Below, piece after piece: positions 28,150-30,657 of a stretch of 30,657 nucleotides of DNA (position 1 is the first letter of the stretch; the number at the start of each line of letters is the position of its first letter). The position numbers and the translations under genes were made by a program. The DNA comes from a virus (Duplodnaviria > Caudoviricetes): the IMG/VR virus record IMGVR_UViG_3300021091_000278, positions 1 through 30,657 of that record; one strand, 5' to 3'. The notes beneath the pieces are model-generated. The model saw only the letters and a program-made list of their open reading frames with translations. It had not been told where the DNA came from and made no database searches.

Positions 28150-28185
28150 ATAGGGGGTGCGAGAGAAATCTCCACCCCCTATTTT
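28150..28185 (+). terminator. Rho-independent terminator after the capsid gene
   Basis: ATAGGGGGTG(C)GAGA-GAAA-TCTCCACCCCCTAT followed by TTT. Confidence 0.85.
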
Positions 28186-28241
28186 CGTATTTGCAATAAA
28201 CCACTTACTATTATGGTTAGTTTATCTTTTTGGAGAATTAA

Positions 28242-29018
28242 GTGGCCTTATATTTAGTTGACCAAGCTTCAGTAGGATGTTATTTAGTATCTATTAAATT
28301 TGGTAGAACTATAAAAATATCTTCATTAAAAAATGAAAATTTTCAATTAGTTGTGGCTGGAGCAACACCAACTCCAGTATCTGCTCCATTTGAAGCTATT
28401 AATACAATAAAAGATTATAATCAAATTTCAAGAGTTTTAACTCTTTATTGGAGAACAACAGAGTTAGTTGAAAATACAGAATACTGTATAATAGTAGAAA
28501 ATTTAGTAGATGTATCTGGAAACATAGTTTCTACAGAAGAAATTGAATTTACCTGGTCTGGTTGTGGTGCTACACCAAATACAACGGAGATTACAGATCC
28601 AGGATTAGTTCCTGTTTTAATACAAGACAAATCAATTAAAACAGATATAGATGTAAGCTATCAAATACTTGCAAAAAACCCTTTATTCTATATAGTAGAA
28701 ACTGATCCAGCAGATGGAGAATTTTATTTATATAATGATTATAATAATGGAAGAGTTATAGTTACGTTCAGTAATAGGCCAGCTTCAAATTTTTTAAATA
28801 ATAAATATTTTACATGTCAAAGAAAATCAGTGCAAAGAGCCCCATGTAGATGGGAAAAAATAACCACACAAATTAGCATGCACTCTTGGAAGCCTGAAGT
28901 TTATATAGATTTTCCATCGTTAAATGATGCAACTCCTTCTTATTTTACAGAAGGTAAAAATTATTTTGAAAAAGGTTATAAATACAGAATTAAAATATCA
29001 AAAGATATAGGTATTTAG
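28242..29018 (+). CDS. Putative virion protein with Ig-like domains
   Basis: GGAG SD and GTG start; beta-rich, with LVENTEYCIIV, IVETDPADG and VTFS patterns. Confidence 0.6.
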   Translation: MALYLVDQASVGCYLVSIKFGRTIKISSLKNENFQLVVAGATPTPVSAPFEAINTIKDYNQISRVLTLYWRTTELVENTEYCIIVENLVDVSGNIVSTEEIEFTWSGCGATPNTTEITDPGLVPVLIQDKSIKTDIDVSYQILAKNPLFYIVETDPADGEFYLYNDYNNGRVIVTFSNRPASNFLNNKYFTCQRKSVQRAPCRWEKITTQISMHSWKPEVYIDFPSLNDATPSYFTEGKNYFEKGYKYRIKISKDIGI

Positions 29019-29020
29019 TT

Positions 29021-29434
29021 ATGGCTAATTTTATTTATAAAAAAGCCAAAGAAGCTCTTCTTAATGGAGACATAGCTGTTGATACAAATGATTTAAAAAT
29101 ACTTTTTGTAGATACAACAAACTACACAGCAAATCAAAATACTGATGAATTTGTATCCAATATTAATTCATCTGCAATTAGACAAAGATCAACAGCTTTA
29201 ATGAATAAAACAACAACAAATGGCACACTTGACGCAGATGATGTTTATACATCTGCATATGTGGGTAGTTCGTTCAATGCAATAGTTTTGTATCAAGTTG
29301 GGTCTTCTGATTCAAATTCAAGATTAATATGTTATATAGATACTTCAGATGGACTACCATTTGAGGGTAGTAATAGTCCACTAGGTGTTACTATAAATTG
29401 GAGTAATGATAGTAATAAAATACTATCAATATAG
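29021..29434 (+). CDS. Putative virion structural protein
   Basis: Operon context; the MANFIYKKAKEALLNG...LICYID pattern resembles phage tail-associated proteins. Confidence 0.65.
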   Translation: MANFIYKKAKEALLNGDIAVDTNDLKILFVDTTNYTANQNTDEFVSNINSSAIRQRSTALMNKTTTNGTLDADDVYTSAYVGSSFNAIVLYQVGSSDSNSRLICYIDTSDGLPFEGSNSPLGVTINWSNDSNKILSI

Positions 29435-29441
29435 GAGAAAA

Positions 29442-29780
29442 ATGGCCATTCAATATCCAGCGGGATTAGACAATTTCATCAATCCAACGGCTAATGATAC
29501 GCTCAATTCTAATACCGTACCTCATCATCAGCAGCACTCAGACTTAAACGACGCAGTTGAAGCAATACAAACAGTTATTGGACTTAACCCGGCTGGTTCT
29601 CATTTAACTATAAAAGAAAGAATAGTTGCTGCAGAAACTAATATTCTTAATCAATCAGTATTAAATGGTTTAACTGATGTTACTATAAATTTAGCGGAAA
29701 CGGGTCAGGTTTTGCGCTATAACGGCAATGCTTGGATTAATTACAATGAAGAAAATTTAGTAGACGGAGGAAGCTTTTAA
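29442..29780 (+). CDS. Small fibre-associated virion protein (112 aa)
   Basis: Start moved to ATG 29442 after AGGAG; fibre-type motif LTDVTI...[13 protein letters not shown] and terminal DGGSF. Confidence 0.7.
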   Translation: MAIQYPAGLDNFINPTANDTLNSNTVPHHQQHSDLNDAVEAIQTVIGLNPAGSHLTIKERIVAAETNILNQSVLNGLTDVTINLAETGQVLRYNGNAWINYNEENLVDGGSF

Positions 29781-29782
29781 GT

Positions 29783-30657
29783 ATGGCTAACGTATTAAGA
29801 ATTAAGCGTAGGACGTCTGGCGCAGCTGGAGCACCAGGGAGTCTCGAGAACGCTGAATTAGCATTTAATGAAGTTGACGATACCCTCTACTACGGTGAGG
29901 GCACAGGCGGTGCTGGCGGAACCGCAACAGCTCCATTGGCTATCGCCGGACCCGGTGCTTTTGCTACGTTAACTAGTGCTCAAACAATCTCTGGCAATAA
30001 AACATTTAGCGGAACAATAGTTGTTCCAACCCCATCTGATGGTACACACGCTACAACTAAAAATTATGTTGATGCCCTGGTCACTGCTGTGGCTACGTCT
30101 TTTACGGTAGCTGGTGATTCTGGTAGTTCGCAAACAATAACATCTGGGACAGATACTCTTACGATTTCTGGTGGTACCGGTCTTAGCTCAGTCGCTGCAG
30201 CAACAGATACTATTACAATAAATCTAAATAATACAGCTGTATCAGCAGGCTCATATGGCAGTGCTAGTAGTATTCCAAATTTTACAGTCGATGCACAGGG
30301 CCGTCTTACTGCAGCTGGAACAAATGCAGTTCTAATTGATCTTGGTACAAATACTAACGGCAATTATGTTTCATCAGTTGCAGCAGGGACAGGTATTTCT
30401 GTTTCTAACACTGGTGTAGAGGGCGGAACGTTTACAGTTACCAACAGTGGCGTTGTTTCAGTCGCCGGAACCGCCAATCAAGTTTCTGTTTCTGCCGCAA
30501 ATGGAAACGTAACATTTTCTTTACCGGATGATGTAACAATTTCAAATAATCTAACGGTAACCGGAAACTTGTTGGTTCAGGGTAATACGACTACATTGAA
30601 CACTTCTACTTTGGAGGTTGAGGATAAAAACATAGTAATTGCGAATGGATCAACAAC
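29783..30657 (+). CDS. Tail fibre-like protein, partial (runs off the window, absent from the ORF track)
   Basis: GGAGG upstream. Frame [38 protein letters not shown]...ATTKNYVD...[15 protein letters not shown]-rich; I saw no stop before the window end. Confidence 0.85.
   Translation, partial: MANVLRIKRRTSGAAGAPGSLENAELAFNEVDDTLYYGEGTGGAGGTATAPLAIAGPGAFATLTSAQTISGNKTFSGTIVVPTPSDGTHATTKNYVDALVTAVATSFTVAGDSGSSQTITSGTDTLTISGGTGLSSVAAATDTITINLNNTAVSAGSYGSASSIPNFTVDAQGRLTAAGTNAVLIDLGTNTNGNYVSSVAAGTGISVSNTGVEGGTFTVTNSGVVSVAGTANQVSVSAANGNVTFSLPDDVTISNNLTVTGNLLVQGNTTTLNTSTLEVEDKNIVIANGST

Noticed and set aside
2069-30363. Short antisense or alternate-frame ORFs in the track (e.g. 5367..5795, 9414..9773, 14704..15006, 19210..19455, 27016..27306, 30064..30363)
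   Set aside because: They lie within or opposite well-supported genes and look like shadow ORFs.
6284-30657. Stop-codon reassignment (genetic code 4 or 15) as the cause of the ORF gaps
   Set aside because: The breaks are frame changes, not in-frame stops. TAG (terL, 27019, 29018) and TGA (recA, 24395) end real genes.
1-30657. tRNA genes, CRISPR array, integrase or transposase
   Set aside because: I recognised no cloverleaf, repeat-spacer array or recombinase motifs, and intergenic space is minimal. Any recoding tRNA would lie outside the window.

Overview
This 30.7 kb window is part of a large, AT-rich tailed-phage (Caudoviricetes) genome. Leaderless-type promoters and the gene content weakly suggest an actinobacterial host. 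The left part (1-5.9 kb, mostly minus strand) carries a bacterial-type recA, small Zn-ribbon proteins and an auxiliary cluster: two 2OG-Fe(II) oxygenases, a luciferase-like flavin monooxygenase and an SGNH-like protein. A divergent control region at about 5.9-6.3 kb has a sigma70-type promoter, TACCCCC repeats and an almost pure AT tract. The right part (6.3-30.7 kb, plus strand) is a tightly packed morphogenesis region: a single-NBD Clp-type ATPase, putative internal virion proteins (one with a DEDDh exonuclease domain), terminase large subunit, tail spike, portal, GT2 glycosyltransferase, prohead protease/scaffold, capsid decoration protein, major capsid protein and fibre proteins. Main observation: three gaps in the ORF track (7975-8073, 19149-19337, 24470-24725) each hide the 5' end of a gene broken by a +1 frame change, and all three breaks fit the same in-frame CGG-A, where skipping the C gives GGA (Gly). 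My manual scan found no in-frame CGG codon in any intact gene. This points to a candidate CGGA recoding system (+1 frameshift or quadruplet decoding) controlling late genes. A sequencing artefact must still be excluded.
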